Shown here: positions 1 to 13,067 of the stretch, piece by piece
Position numbering within the stretch: position 1 is the stretch's first letter
Layout of the letters: the number at the start of each line of letters is the position of its first letter
Assembly: GCA_964188305.1 (NCBI GenBank)
Contig: OZ076888.1
Direction: 5' to 3' (one strand)
Length of the DNA stretch: 64,000 nt
DNA from: Podarcis bocagei
Lineage: Eukaryota
The notes under the pieces: generated by a model
The model's input: only the letters and a program-made list of their open reading frames with translations
What the model was told of the DNA's origin: nothing
The model's database searches: none
Program-made: the position numbers and the translations under genes

Positions 1-246
1 ACTGCTGGAGGAGAGGGTTCTTAATGGCTATTGATGGCTATTAGCCATGATGGTTATTCTCTGCCTCAACAGTTGGAGGCGGCAAAGTTTCTGAATACCA
101 GTTGCTAGAAACCACCAGACGAGAGAGGGATCCTGTGCTCATATCCTGCATGTGGCTTTCCCACAGGGACCTATTTGGCCACTGTGAGAACAGGATGCTG
201 GAGTAGATGGGCCATTGGCCTGATCCAGTACACTCTTCTCATGTTC
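1..246 (+). mobile_element. Old CR1-type LINE 3' end/3'UTR fragment
   Basis: Ends ...gatgggccattggcctgatccag...cttctcatgttc, a squamate CR1-type 3' terminus; a related copy lies at 47860-48010. Confidence 0.6.
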
Positions 247-1313
247 GTATGTAGGCCCTGTTGCAAGTTCTGCTTTTAACTGTTGCTCTTTCTCACACCA
301 TTCCCCTGAACTGGCTGCTAGGAGATATTTGACATTCACTTAGATGTTATTCAGAACTCTTTGGTTGATCTCAAAGCCTGGGTTTTAGAAACATCAAACG
401 AGAACTGTAATGGGGTTTATGTTTGCTGTACGTTCTTCATCAGCACCGTACTCTAATGTATCTTTGCATCTCAGCACCCAGCAGATGAAAGAAAGCTGAA
501 GAAACTTAGTCCTCCTCCCAGTAATGTTAACATGTCATCTATAAACAAACTCCCTCCAGCTCAAGACTCCCTTACTGTGGCAACTTTTCATTACAGATCT
601 CTCAATAACCCCGCCGACAAAATTATTCTGACTTTAAAGTCTGAGCAGGTTATCCCTTTTTCATGCAGGGGGGACCACAAACCATCTGACAGTTTAGCAT
701 TTGGGAAGACTTCAGCCCATAGAGATTCAATTAATTTTTCATATGCCCAGAAACAGATTCAAGATGTTCTCTCTCAACTTGGACCAAAAGATCCCGGCCC
801 CTATCTAAGTTCTAGATCAGCAAGCAGCTGACTTCAAATGTGCCAAAGCCGTAATTGCCATCATGTGTGCTCGCTCACGCAGGCGAATTGGAATCCAGCA
901 AAAACAAGTCCTGGCACCGATTCGGCGCGCGGACTTCACGTCCATGTCGTCCTGCCGCTGGAAAGCATCTTCGAACAAGCCCACGCCCCAATTACAACGC
1001 ACCTTATAAAATTAACAAGGTTGGACCCTGTCAATTTAAGTGTACGGCAATCTTCAAACTGCAAGCATACATAAAACGTAGGTAAGCTTTGCCCATGGCA
1101 GCTTTTTAGTTTTACAGGCATTTTTGGCCGTGACCCACAGAGCTGTGCACAAGGGGACTTTTACACCCACCGAAGGGCCGCTTCTTACCAAACTATCCCT
1201 AAAACTCAGGAGTCCTTTCATTGAGAGCAGCCTTCAAGGCAGGACTGAGAGAAGCCTTGTGTGCACAGGTAGAAAATTGCTAGGCCAAAGGCTCCCGAGG
1301 CTTTTTGAAACCT

Positions 1314-1663
1314 AAAGGTAAAGGGACCCCTGACCATTAGGTCCAGTCGTGACCGACTCTGGGGTTGTGGCGCTCATCTCGCTTTATTGGCTAAGGGAGC
1401 CGGCATACAGCTTCCGGGTCATGTGGCCAGCATGACTAAGCCGCTTCTGGCGAACGAGAGCAGCACACGAAAACGCCGTTTACCTTCCTGCCAGAGCGGT
1501 ACCTATTTATCTACTTGCACTTTGACATGCTTTTGAACTGCTAGGTTGGCAGGAGCAGGGACAGAGCAACGGGAGCTCATCCTGTTGCGGGGATTCGAAC
1601 CGCCGACCTTCTGATCAGCAAGCCCTAGGCTCTGTGGTTTAACCCACAGCGCAACCCGCGCCC
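1314..1663 (-). mobile_element. Sauria SINE (Squam1 type), full length, with TSD
   Basis: tRNA-like head with B-box (ggttcgaatcc on minus), (ACCTTT)n tail; flanked by tttttgaaaccta (1302-1314) / tttctgaaaccta (1666-1678); close to copies at 17417 and 29337. Confidence 0.92.
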
Positions 1664-2774
1664 AATTTCTGAAACCTAGCATCATGTTAAAATCAAATGA
1701 CACCCCTTTAATTGTTACATCCCACAACAAAGTGCTGCAGTGGGGGATGCTGCTGCTCAGTATTCCATTTCCTGGTTTTCCAGGCTCCGCTCCTTTCCCA
1801 AGAGTCAGCATTTCACCATCACTGAACACACTTGGTCCTTACTGGACTATATTGAAAGTTCTCCCCACCCTAGAACTTTAGGGCTTTCCCTCCTGACTAG
1901 TTTTGTGTGTCTGCACATCTTGTGGTTCCCCAAGCCTGATACCCCCTCTTGCATGTTGATAGCAGTGCATTGGCTGCATAAGCAATGGCACTCACCTCTG
2001 GACATTGGAACAGAGCAAACGCTGGGCTACAAATGACGGTTTTTATACTACATACGTGCCCCAAGCCTTCTTTTAATATTGGAGGTAGTTAAAAATTATT
2101 ATTTTTTTGCAGATTAACAGTTTTCTTTGACTTGCTCTTATCCCAGGGAACAAACACACCTTCGTTTCTCAATTCCATCATGGCAGGGGTGTGTTCTAAA
2201 AATTTCTATGCAGCCACTGCTAAACTTTTTATGAAAAATGCACCCACATGGGTAGTTAACAGTATCCTACTATGCTTGTTTACGGTTGGGAGTAGTTTCT
2301 CTGTTGTGTGCACGGCCAGGGTATTTTTGTTTTATGCCAGTCTTGGATCAGTTGACTTTTTTTTTTACTCCTGAGAGATGTTAGCTTATAAAAGCAAATT
2401 ACACATACATACTTGTTGAATTCTTTGTTCCCCAGATGGAAGAAATTATATCTGGATGTGCTTAAGTTTATAAAATCCTGTTCTTTTCTTTTTTCAGTTT
2501 CTTTTTATATTTAAGAGATAAGAGATATGAACCACGTTATGGTTATTAGCCTTGCCTCCTACCAAATGAGGAGCTTTTTCATATATTTTGGTTTTGTCTT
2601 TCTATTAAGTTGTATGTATCAAATTCTGTAAAGTGCATAAATAAAAAGGAAAAAAGCATAAGGCAAAAAAGAAAAGGAAAGAAAAGAAAATGTAATGAAG
2701 CCGATTTGCAAGCAAAAAAAGAGTTTTTTTCTGGAACAAAAACTTTAGGATTAATTGAAAAAACATGGAAGCTC

Positions 2775-2915
2775 CCTGGGTGACCTTGGGCTAGTCACTT
2801 TCTTTCACCTTAGCCCTACCCCAGTCCCTATCCTACAGGGTTGTTGTCATAGTAAAATGAGGGGAGAATCATATATGCTGCCTTGAAGTCCCTGGAAGAA
2901 AGGTGGGATGGACTT
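2775..2915 (+). mobile_element. MIR/CORE-like (Ther1/Squam3-type) SINE fragment
   Basis: gtgaccttgggctagtcact...cagggttgttgt...aaaatgagg; reverse-complement homologue of 11305-11530. Confidence 0.55.
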
Positions 2916-3119
2916 GTAATAAATACATAGCAGGTTTTAAAAAAAAAACACCACAAAACAAAAACAAAAACAAAAACAAAAAACCCAGCTCAGCCAAAAG
3001 TGGTCCTCTTGAGATTTTTTTTTTTTGTCACAGATCATGATTTGGAATTGATTACTTATTTATTTATTAACAACTGCAAAGAGAGAGAGAGAGAACAGGA
3101 TTGCTTCATACTGGAACTC

Positions 3120-3120
<1 letters not shown>

Positions 3121-3168
<48 letters not shown>
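3121..3168. repeat. (AAT)16 microsatellite
   Basis: Direct reading. Confidence 0.95.
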
Positions 3169-3169
<1 letters not shown>

Positions 3170-3179
3170 TTTCCATTAT

Positions 3180-3633
3180 TATTCCAATACGTTTCCGAGC
3201 ACAATTCAAAGTGTTGGTGCTGATCTTTAAAGCCCTAAACGGCCTTGGTCCAGTATACCTGAAGGAGCATCTCCACCCCCATTGTTCTGCCCGGACACTG
3301 AGGACCAGTGCTGAGGGCCTTCTGGCAGTTCCCTCGCTGCGAGAAGCCAAGTTACAGGGAACCAGGCAGAGGGCCTTCTCGGTAGTGGCACCCGCCCTGT
3401 GGAACGCCCTCCCACCAGATGTCAAAGAGAAGAACAACTACCAGACTTTTAGGCGACATCTGAAGGCAGCCCTGTTTAGGGAAGCTTTTAATGTTTAACA
3501 GACTACTGTAGTTTAATACTTTGTTGGAAGCTGCCCAGGGTGACTGGGGAGACCCAGCCAGATGGGCGGGGTATAAATAAAATAAAATAAAATAAATAAA
3601 TAAATAAATAAATAAATAAAATATAAAATAAAA
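3180..3633 (+). mobile_element. L2 LINE 3' fragment (ORF2 C-terminus, 3'UTR, (AAAT)n tail)
   Basis: ORF 3211-3498 FKALNGLGPVYL...RTLRTS...RAFSVVAPALWNALP...FRRHLKAALF is a typical L2 ORF2 C-terminus; 3' end ccagccagatgggcggggtataaataaa. Confidence 0.88.
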
Positions 3634-3637
3634 CCAA

Positions 3638-3780
3638 CTTTTATTTGTATCCCTCCCTCCCCGACCGAGACCAGGCTCAGGGCAGCTAACATCAAATATA
3701 AACATTGATATAAAATCAAACAATAATTAAATCACCTCTTAAAAACAAGTCAGGATAAAATTAAAATCTGAATTAGATGT
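3638..3780 (-). mobile_element. Second L2-type 3' end, tail-to-tail with the previous element
   Basis: Minus strand reads ...gttagctgccctgagcctggtctcggtcggggagggagggatacaaataaaa. Confidence 0.55.
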
Positions 3781-3854
3781 CTTTCTGCAGCATTTGGGTT
3801 GGGAACAGTAAATGCTCATCAGGCCCAACTGTGTACGCTGATCTTACTCTCCAG

Positions 3855-4207
3855 TAAAGAGGAGACTGAGTGGAGATATGATGGCCATCTTCAGATATCT
3901 CAAGGGTTGTCACATGGACAATGGAGCAAGCTTGTTTTCTCCGGCTCTGGAGGGTAGGGACTGAGCCAATGGCTTCAAGTTACAAGAAAGGAGTTTCTGA
4001 CTAAACACCAGGAAGAAGTTTCTGAAAGTAAGGAGCTGTTCGGTGATGGAACAGTATCCCTTGGGAGGTTGTGGACTCTTCTTCCTTTGAGGTTTTTAAG
4101 CAGAGGTTGGATGGTTGTCCGTTGTGGATGCTTTAGATGAGATCCCTGCATTGCAGGGGGTTGGACTAGATGACCCTTGGGCCCCATCCAACTCTATGAT
4201 TCTGTGA
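3855..4207 (+). mobile_element. CR1 LINE 3' fragment (degenerate ORF2 end and ATTCTRTG tail)
   Basis: Homologous to 38620-38990 of the full-length CR1; ends ccaactctatgattctgtga. Confidence 0.88.
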
Positions 4208-4884
4208 AAACATCTACCATTAATAGATAGTTATAAACAACTTAGAACATGGCATATTTAACCTATTGTATGTATTAGAGAAGAACACAGAAAGAAGGAT
4301 TGTTTTCTCTTTTGGAAACATTATCTACAATTGTACTCTTTTGTTTTGTCTTCTTTTTAGTGGTCATAATATGAAAGTCTGTAGTTCTCTATCTAGAGGG
4401 AAAGGGGGGGGGGGTGTCAATGTTCTCAGCCAGCCCAAACCTGCCTGTCTTCTTACTTACAGCCAATGATGTGCAGCTCTGCCTGTCATCAGCTCCTTGC
4501 CTTCCTCCCTACCTGTTCACTGGTTGCCATTAGAACTGGTCCCCCCCCAACCCCCCCACCTGCAATCAGGAGCAATGTAAAGAGAGAAGGGGCATTTAAC
4601 CCCCCCCCCATGGATCCGAATAAAACCTAATATTTGGGGCTTGGGGAAAAGGTACTCCCCGACTGGCTGCAGAAGGCTAGACTTCTAGAAGGAAAGTTGC
4701 TATTCCACTTCCATCTTAAAGCCTCACAAGAATACTAGAGTGCTGTGAAATTGTCTACATCTGGAAGTACCTCCAGTTAGTAGGTGCACAGGGCAGAACC
4801 TTCTCCATTAAGGCACCCTAGCAAATGGATTTTCTAGTCCATAAGATAGGATGAACCCCATCACTAATGGTATGGTGATAGCTT

Positions 4885-4887
<3 letters not shown>

Positions 4888-4938
<51 letters not shown>

Positions 4939-5048
4939 TTATTATTTATACCCCATCCATCTGGCTGGGTTTCCCCAGCCACTCTGGGCGGCTTCCAACA
5001 GAATATTAAAATACAATAACCTATTAAACATTAAAAGCTTCCCTAAAC
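4888..5048 (-). mobile_element. L2 3' end with (ATT)n tail
   Basis: Reverse complement of the L2 3'UTR seen at 3470-3575; (AAT)n at 4888-4938. Confidence 0.85.
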
Positions 5049-7069
5049 AACTTAGACTCTTACATGCCTCTTACATAACAAAAAGCAGCTGCAAGGGCCC
5101 AATCGATGACAACGGCATTAGCCGCCATGCTGTTCTGCTGCCAAAACCTGCCTCTCTGGAGCTGCTATTTGGTGGCCAAAGGTACTCTGCGCAGAAATTG
5201 GCCTCAGTTGTGCTGCTATATCTAGCTTTGAAATAGCAGTCTGTGTGATAGGCACATTGTTTCGTTACTTTGTCTTCTCAATTGTCAGTTTTTATTCTGA
5301 GAATTCTATTGGTTAATCAATTAAGAATTCTTTTTTTTTTTTTACATCTACCTTTTAAAAACTGGTTCATCTCTTCATGCATTTGCAGGATAGCAGACCT
5401 TTCCATACTGAAAGATGGAAAAACTGACAGGTTAAGCAATGAAAGCGAGCTTCTTACTAGATGCACAACAGGCCATCTGTAACATTCTCTTTTTCTTTCA
5501 CTCCTTTGGTCCCCTGCTGATTAACCTTTTTTTTTTGTCTTCTGCAAATTAAACCCATGCAGTCTTGCTGCCCTACTGGAGAGTAGTTTGACCATAAACT
5601 GGATGGAAATGTGGCCTGCTACTTAACGAGCAAAAATATGAAAATAAGCAAAATCCACCAGCTCAGAAGAGGCCGCTCTAAATTTTACTTAATGTCTCTG
5701 CACTGTAAAAGTTAATGCAAACCAGTCTCGCTGATAAAATCTGGAACTATAATATTAAAGAGAAGGAATTTGGGGGGTTCTTGTGGTGGGAATAAAGAGT
5801 GGCATTTAAATTCTGGGGATTTCCCTCTTTGCTTATGAGCTTTTTGTGTTAGCAGCTACTGCAGAAGGAGGAGGAAAAATCCACATTTCAATGGAGCAGA
5901 AAACTGAAGACAAAACAGCATATTGAATTTGGATCAGAAAGGGAAAAGGCACAGAGCAAAACCAGAAGGCAAGTGGGACCCACAGAGAGAGAGGCCAAAG
6001 CGGCAGGCTTTAGGTTAAACAAAAATCCTCCATGCTATTTGTAGTTGAATACAGAACGGGGGAGGAAGGCAAAAAGAAAAGTTCAAAGCCAGATATAGTA
6101 GCCGAGAAGGAAAATAAAATTCAAGGGAGGAAGGAGGGAAAATAGAAGCAAGCCTAATAGGTGTTTGGCTACATTAGCAGCTAAGGGTGATTAATGATTC
6201 TGTGTGTTATATCCACTTCCGGGGAACAGCTCCATTAAATTCAATGGAACTTACCGCTGAGCAGACATGTATAGGAGTGTGCCTAAACATGTCTAAGGTT
6301 GTGCTGGATTTGACCCATAAGATTTTCAAACAAGCTTTTTTAAATAATCAGTTTCCTCCTTCTACAATTGCATATCCCCCTCCCCCTGTGGATTGACTAA
6401 ACGCCAACAGAGAAATACAAGCACATATCCAGTAGAAAGAGGCAAGAGGGAGAAAGGTTAGAGTTCTAGGGAACAGCTTTTGCTCACACCAAATCAGTTT
6501 AGCTTCAGCGATGTGTGTTCATGTCTTTCTTTGTTAATTTGCCCAATGATGTTGAAGGAAACGCATCCATCTTGCCCTAAATTAAAACCATAGTAAACTC
6601 TTTCCTATCCCAACCGCCTGCTGATTCGCCGAGGGTGAGATCATTGGAGATGGTTTAATCTGAAGAGGAAAATCCTCTTAGCTATTTTCCTAAAGACTTG
6701 CTGAGTGGGCTAAGTGTAGGCATTCATGCTGGAAGGGTTGGAGGGGAAGAGCCATGAGATTTTCCCAAGCAATAATTTGCCAGAGAACCACATTAAATAA
6801 CACAAAAAACCTCTTTTTTGATATAATAGATGCCTTTTAGGGCAGATCCCAGACATCCTAATAATTTCAATTAGCGTTACTCATATAACCATCCTGTAGC
6901 CAACAGGCCTCCATGCTACCGAATTCCAATCCGAACTTTAAATTTGCTTTGACATGGTAACTTCTATATGTTGGGTGCATGGATCAGGAATACCACACAA
7001 GACTGAATCAACTCTTGCTGTAAATGTTCTACAGGTCCAAATAAGCAGGGGGAAGAGACACTTAGTCTG

Positions 7070-7642
7070 GTTTCCATTTTCATGTGATTCTAATTCCCAA
7101 CTTCCTTACACAATACGTAAACCAAAGTACAGCTGTCCTTTGAAATTTGCACTTCTCCAGCCAAATCAATGCACAAAAGGGGAGATATTAGGGGAAAGTG
7201 TACATTGAAATGCATGTATTAGTGAAAATGACATACATCTACATGGAGGTGCAATTTGCTTTGCTTTGCATTTTAATGCAAACCTACCGGATTCATACTT
7301 CCCCAAACAATGCTTGAACCAAAATGCAGCAGTCCTTTGGAAAACACACTTCTTTGAAATTCTGCGATGCAGATCGCCAACCAAAAACTGTACTAAAATG
7401 CAACTACCAATATTTGTTAAACCATCATACAAAAATGGATTATATTAGGGGTGCTGCTTGCAAAAATATGTATTTTTAGGTAAAGTTGCATGCAAAAATG
7501 TTTATTTTAGGAAAACTGCACACTAAGATTCTCGTGAATTTTCATCACAATTTTTTTTAATTGCAAATTGATGCAGAAATATGGCAAACTGAACTTAAGA
7601 CTGGATAGATTAGAAACTGAGACAAACTGAAATTGTCCAAAC
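7070..7642 (+). mobile_element. Unclassified AT-rich interspersed repeat, probably a non-autonomous DNA element
   Basis: End gaacttaagactggatagattagaaactgagacaaactgaaattgtc recurs inverted at 14630-14975 and partially at 15400-15500. Confidence 0.55.
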
Positions 7643-8542
7643 TCAGCTGGCAGTGGAATCCCTTCTATGGTTAAATTATCTGGTGCTCCCTTCGCCCAAT
7701 GTGAATAGGGTTTCCATCTTGGCCCTTTCTCTAGTTTTTTCTTCAGCCTGGTGAGGAAGGTTAGGCTGAACGCTGGTGGTTGGCTCAAGATCACCCAAGA
7801 AGCTTCATGGCCAAATGGGTACTTGAACCAGTCTCACACTCTAACCCCTACACCACCCTGGTCCTACAACAGCCCTGTGCAGAGCCAGGCTTTCCTAGAC
7901 CTGAGCCTCCCTACCTCACCTCCTTTCCTTATGCATTTCGCAGGGTGTGCTGTGGCTCTGAGTAGAATCCTGCTCTATCTCTCACCCAAGAATGCAAGGC
8001 GCCTAATTACGCAGCCTCTGTTCCCTGTAATTCATGTTTCCCCAAGAGCCCATTTCTCATTTTGTGTTGTATTCCCCCTTCTGTCTCTCACACTCTTTTA
8101 TGATGATGTTGTGTAAGGTCTCGTTAGATTATCTGCCTAATTTGAATTGGAAGGTTCCTGAGAGTAGCAGCCTTGTGTTTGGCCTAATGCATCATACTCC
8201 TCATGCTGTTAGAAGTGTCTCCGGGGACTGTATTAAATAGGAGTGGTATATCATTAAGAGAAAGCATCTGGTGGCTTATGACACCTGAGGTCTGCTCTGT
8301 CCTGGCATCAACAAAGTACAGTAGAGTATCATGAGCCAGTTTGGCCTCTTTAATATGTGGCTATTTCCATCCTTACTGTTCATAGCTTCATCCACTTCCA
8401 GTAGTGGCCTTAAAAAGGAGGAAATGGGTGATACACGCCATGTTCCACTTTGCATGCATCTGCACAAATATACTACTTATTGATCACGGCGCTTGTGCTA
8501 ATCGCTCCCACTTTCCAGGGATTATGCTGATAGGCTTTAAAA

Positions 8543-8875
8543 GAGGGGTTGGGAACCTTTGGCCCAGAGGCCACATGAGGTCCTTCAGGGCTCTCCCCAG
8601 GCCACACCCCCTCCTAAACCACACCCCTCTCTTAAGCCACACCCCTCACCAGCCCTACTTTATATCCTCCTTGAGTGTTTTTGCCTGCGTTGTTTCCATG
8701 GATAATGCCTCTGACTTGCTTGGATGGAGAGGGATGAGAGTGTGTGTAGGAAGTAGCCTACTCTACAAAGCTACAGATTGCATTCCTTGCTTTGTCCTGC
8801 CTCTCACCAGCATGTGGCCCCCGGAGGTTTGCCCAGACCAGAATATGACTGGAAAAGGTTCCCTACCACCCCTGC
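8543..8875. mobile_element. hAT-like MITE
   Basis: Imperfect terminal inverted repeats aggggttgggaacctt / aaggttccctaccacccctg; a related internal sequence lies at 30520-30800. Confidence 0.55.
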
Positions 8876-9699
8876 TTTAAGGCCAACACCAAATGAAGAA
8901 ACCTATAGCTCCAGTAATGCTACCAAGACAAAGGCCACAATTTCTCTGGTGAGCATATCTTGTCCAATTAAAGCAATAGTCCTATATATATGCTTACCTG
9001 TGAATCAGTTGGATCAAACTCAGCAAGACTTACTTCTGAGTCGACGTGCAGAGGGTTGTGCTGCTACTGTCTAAAACTCTACATGTTCTGCATCCATGGT
9101 GCAAACTTTTCTGCAATGTCTGGAGTTTTATGACATGAAGCTTATGTATAAGCCAATAACCAAGCATCACTTCCAGAGGCAACGGATTAAAAATATAGTG
9201 AGTTGGTTGTCCTGCCACTCCAGCAGTAAACTCTGTTGACTATTTCAGTGAAAAGCCAGAATGGCTGGTTTTTGTTTTGTTGAGACGAAGGTAACAATAG
9301 AAACACAAGTGCTTCCTGCCATCTAAAAGAAGATGAAAGTCAGGAGTTTTGTGGTGGCATAAGAGTGATTTAAATGTGCAGTGTGGAAGTTGCCAAAGGC
9401 ATCTGTAGAATGGGGTAGAAAAGCCCAGCTTGAACTATTCTGAGACATATTTCAATTGTGAATGTGCTCATTTCTTTTAGTCTTTCTGTGGTGGTCAGAT
9501 TCTGCTCCAAGACATACACTGCCTGACTGCTCAGCACCTCTGAAAGCAAAGATTTAAAAGGGACCCTAATACAAGGAAAAGAAGTGCTTAGAAGAGCTCA
9601 GCAACAGAAAACTCTATTAAGGCTGGCCTGGCACCTAAAAAGAGAGATACATATAATCAAGGGGGATTTGTGAAAACAAGGTGCCTTGGGAGGATTGGG

Positions 9700-10030
9700 G
9701 GGGGGTGGACCCATTATTTATTTCACATTTCTGCCCCTATTCTTTCTCAAAGTATCTCAAGCAGCTTACATATGATTTCCAGGTGGTCTCCCACCCAGGC
9801 AGCTTGTGCAGCCAGTTCTGCTTCTCTTTGGTGGTGGAACTGCTCCACACGGCGTTCCTTGCCTTCCCATCATTCTCTGGCTATGAATCTGCTTGCAACT
9901 TCTTCTGCTCACACTAGATGGCAATATATGAACACAGAAGGATAGGCACATTGCTTGTGGGGGACTAGGAAACAAAAAAAGAAAGAAAGAGTCAACTTGG
10001 AATATGGAACACATTTGGAGTAGAGTAAGC
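9700..10030 (-). mobile_element. Possible old L1 ORF2 C-terminal/3' fragment
   Basis: Minus-strand translation gives ASRFIARE / WSSSTTKEKQNWLHKL / YFEKE, loosely resembling the L1 C-terminus at 41370-41570. Confidence 0.3.
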
Positions 10031-10816
10031 ATACTTGGGTCTGACAGGATAAAAGGAGGATGAATAGATAGGCTGATAAAACATATGAAATTACCAAACT
10101 ACACAGCAACAGCCATATGGGCAAATAAACTAAGTATGCTTTCACAGTGCTGATCACAACCATGGGGAAGAAGACTAAGGGAGCCATAAGCTTATTTCTT
10201 TTATTCCTCTAGAGTAAGAGGGCAGGCAGACTTCAGGCTTGTGGGATCTACTTTAAAAGAAAGAGCGAGTGTGTGTGAGAGAGATCCCTGGGGTCTTCCC
10301 AGCAGGCCAGTTACAAAATGGCAGTGCAGGGTAGACCCAGCTACAAAATGGTGGTTTGGAGGGTAAACTCTGTCACCGAATGGCATTGTGGGGTGGCAAA
10401 CGCCATATGTTGGGCCTGCCTCCCAGTCCAAATCTGCACACAAGCCATTATAGATCAAGGATTCCAGCATCAGCCCTGCTAAAACGTACTATGGCAGAAC
10501 CAACCTCCTGCAAAGCTTATCTTAAGCTGCAGAGCCCAACCTTCTGCAGGTTTCCTCAGAGGTAAGACCCAGCACAGCTACTTTTTCAGGCATTATCGGA
10601 ACACCAGATTTCCTTTGCTCCGCTTGTAAATTCTAAACTTTAACTCGTTTTGTACAAAGGCAACCACTTGCAAAGCTTATTCTAAGCTGCAAGGTGGCAT
10701 AGGACTGTAGCAGGCACAGACATTTTCTTTTCAACGGCCTTTAGCTGGGTTTAATGCCCAGCAGATAACACATTATTTTCATTCGGGCTCAGCCCTGGAA
10801 CCTATGAATAGGGATC

Positions 10817-10820
<4 letters not shown>

Positions 10821-10850
<30 letters not shown>
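10821..10850. repeat. (TG)15 microsatellite
   Basis: Direct reading. Confidence 0.95.
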
Positions 10851-10855
<5 letters not shown>

Positions 10856-11304
10856 CTACAAAGGCTTCTGTGCCATTGTTGCAACTCAGAAAGAAATTTA
10901 GCAGGTAAAGCTTTTTTCAGAATGCAGATGAAGCGAAGGAGGAAAGCCTCACCTGCTAAATTTCTGCCTGCCCTGCAGCTGCCAATGGTTCCCTTTCACT
11001 GGACGTTCCACTGATATCAGTGGGTTGTATCCCCAGAGTAGACTCGCTGAAATTAATGGACAGGACAAACTATCAGTTGCTGATCCATTAGGGTGCTTCA
11101 CCCATCTTAGTCTTGCCTTCAGCCAGTGCCCCCTCCCTCTGTTGTTGTTGTTGTTAACCAGCCCAGCGGGTGGGTCTGGCTATCAGCTTCCGCCCTCTTA
11201 ATCCCTGTAGAACTCAAAAGGTCTTCTATGGCCTGGTTTGCACATCATCATAGGCTACTGAATTATGGTTTATTAAGCCATGGCTATTTTATTAATATTA
11301 TTAT

Positions 11305-11530
11305 TATTTTATGACGTTTATATCCCACCTTTTTCTCCAAGGAGCTCAAGACAGTGTACATCGTTTTCCCTCTCCTCATTTAATCCCCACAACAACCCTG
11401 TGAGATAGGTTAGATTGAGTCAGTGACTGGCTCAAAGTCACTCAGTGAGCTTCATGGCTGAATGGAGATTGGCACCCTGGTCTTCCAGGTCATAGCCTGA
11501 CGCTCTGACCGATACACCACACTGCCTCTC
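11305..11530 (-). mobile_element. MIR/CORE-like (Ther1/Squam3-type) SINE
   Basis: tRNA-like head at 11470-11530 on minus; core ctcatttaatccccacaacaaccctgtgagatagg; AT-rich tail. Confidence 0.7.
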
Positions 11531-12914
11531 ACTGGCTTAGTGTCATGTGTGAACCCTGACACTCTTCCCCAAGGCAGTCAATTATGGTTGGCAGAGAATG
11601 ACTGAGGAGAGATTTGGGTGTTTGAAATCTTGGCCATTTTTTCTGTCGTTATGTGTTCTTCTCGTGTACCCCTCTTAATGAAACAAAGATTCTATCACAG
11701 AAGAAGGACACAGAAAATTTTAAATGTTGTCAACATCCTAAGAGAGAGTATCACATGTGCACTGTGAGGGATTTGGAGCCCTTAGAATATGTGGTAGCAT
11801 TGAGTTCATCCAGGTTCATTATCCTACCACTTTTTTGATCACACATCAGGACCAAGCATATGGCCAAATCTTCCTTACCATTTGGCAGGGTGGTACAGAA
11901 AACCAACCTAATTCATGGCAAGACAGCTCAAGCCAGGATAGTTGGGGTCATTTGTGCAGGCTCCCTCCCCACCTCACCCCCTCCATCTGCTAGCAGACAT
12001 TATTTCTCACAATTTATCTTGAAGAATCTTGACAAATAATTAATCCTTAATAGTGCCACAAGGCACAAGTCCTCATTTCCTTTATGTCCTGAGACTAGAT
12101 TTTCAACTGGCAGATTGTTATCTTCACAGATTTGGCCAGATGCGTAAAGAAACTTATTATGAACTTATTAACTTTGAGAGAGCTGGGTCAGTTTACATTG
12201 GCTGAAAGCTGGGTTCCCTGCTTTCTGATAGACTTGATACTCCAACGATAATATTTTAGCTGTTGTATCTATGAAACCAGATGATCCCACAGATCCCAGG
12301 CATACTTTGTATGTATAAACAATAATAGACCGAGAGTTTTTTTGCCTTGTAAAAATACATCATTTGTACATTTCAACTTAATGAGCAAAAAAAGAGTTGC
12401 CAAGGTGCAATTATACAAAATATATACTGTGCTGATTAGGGATTCTGGTTCTTTAATGTTCTGAAGAAGGCTTTGAGTTCATACTAAATCTTTCTCTCTC
12501 CCTCTCTAATGAGATATGGCTTATCTGACTCAGGGCACTGAAAAGATGCAATTAGCTTGGGGAAAACCACAGTTTCATTGGTAAGGAATGAATTTATGTT
12601 GCAAAAAGTGTTAAGATGAAGGCTCGATTCTGTTAAAGCTCCCCAAAGAGAGTTATCTTATGGGGATGATGAACCTTGCAGTGAGCAATGTTAATCACTT
12701 GAAGATTCCTCAAGCGGGACTCTGAAGTGTATGGGTATGGCTTGAGACTACTCCCTAGTGCTGGGTTGAGAAACCTCTGGCTCTCCTGGTATTATTGGAC
12801 TGCTATTTTTTAAAAATCTAAACATACACAAATGCACCTCCACACTTAAGATGCTATCAAGAACTGTCCTTTGTGATACCAGAATTGCTTCCCAGGTTAG
12901 ATTGGTTTAGGTGA

Positions 12915-13067
12915 GATCAGGTGTGTCAACTTGGCCCCAGGACCATGGGTGCCCGGGGCCGTGGTTGCCATGCATGGCCTTGGCACCAAATTTTGTGGGT
13001 GCCCAGCCCCTTCATGGGGAATTTTGAGTCCTTGGGCCCCCAGGGCCCCTGGGAGTTGGCACCTATG
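12915..13067. mobile_element. Short MITE-like element
   Basis: GC-rich block with imperfect inverted ends (aggtgtgtcaactt / gagttggcacctatg). Confidence 0.45.

Noticed and set aside
475-831. Open frame HPADERKLKKLSPPPS...SRSASS* after a possible acceptor
   Set aside because: No recognisable domain, weak acceptor and no partner exons; cannot be supported as a CDS
3060-3723. Minus-strand ORFs with poly-Leu and FIYL runs
   Set aside because: Antisense translations of L2 and microsatellites
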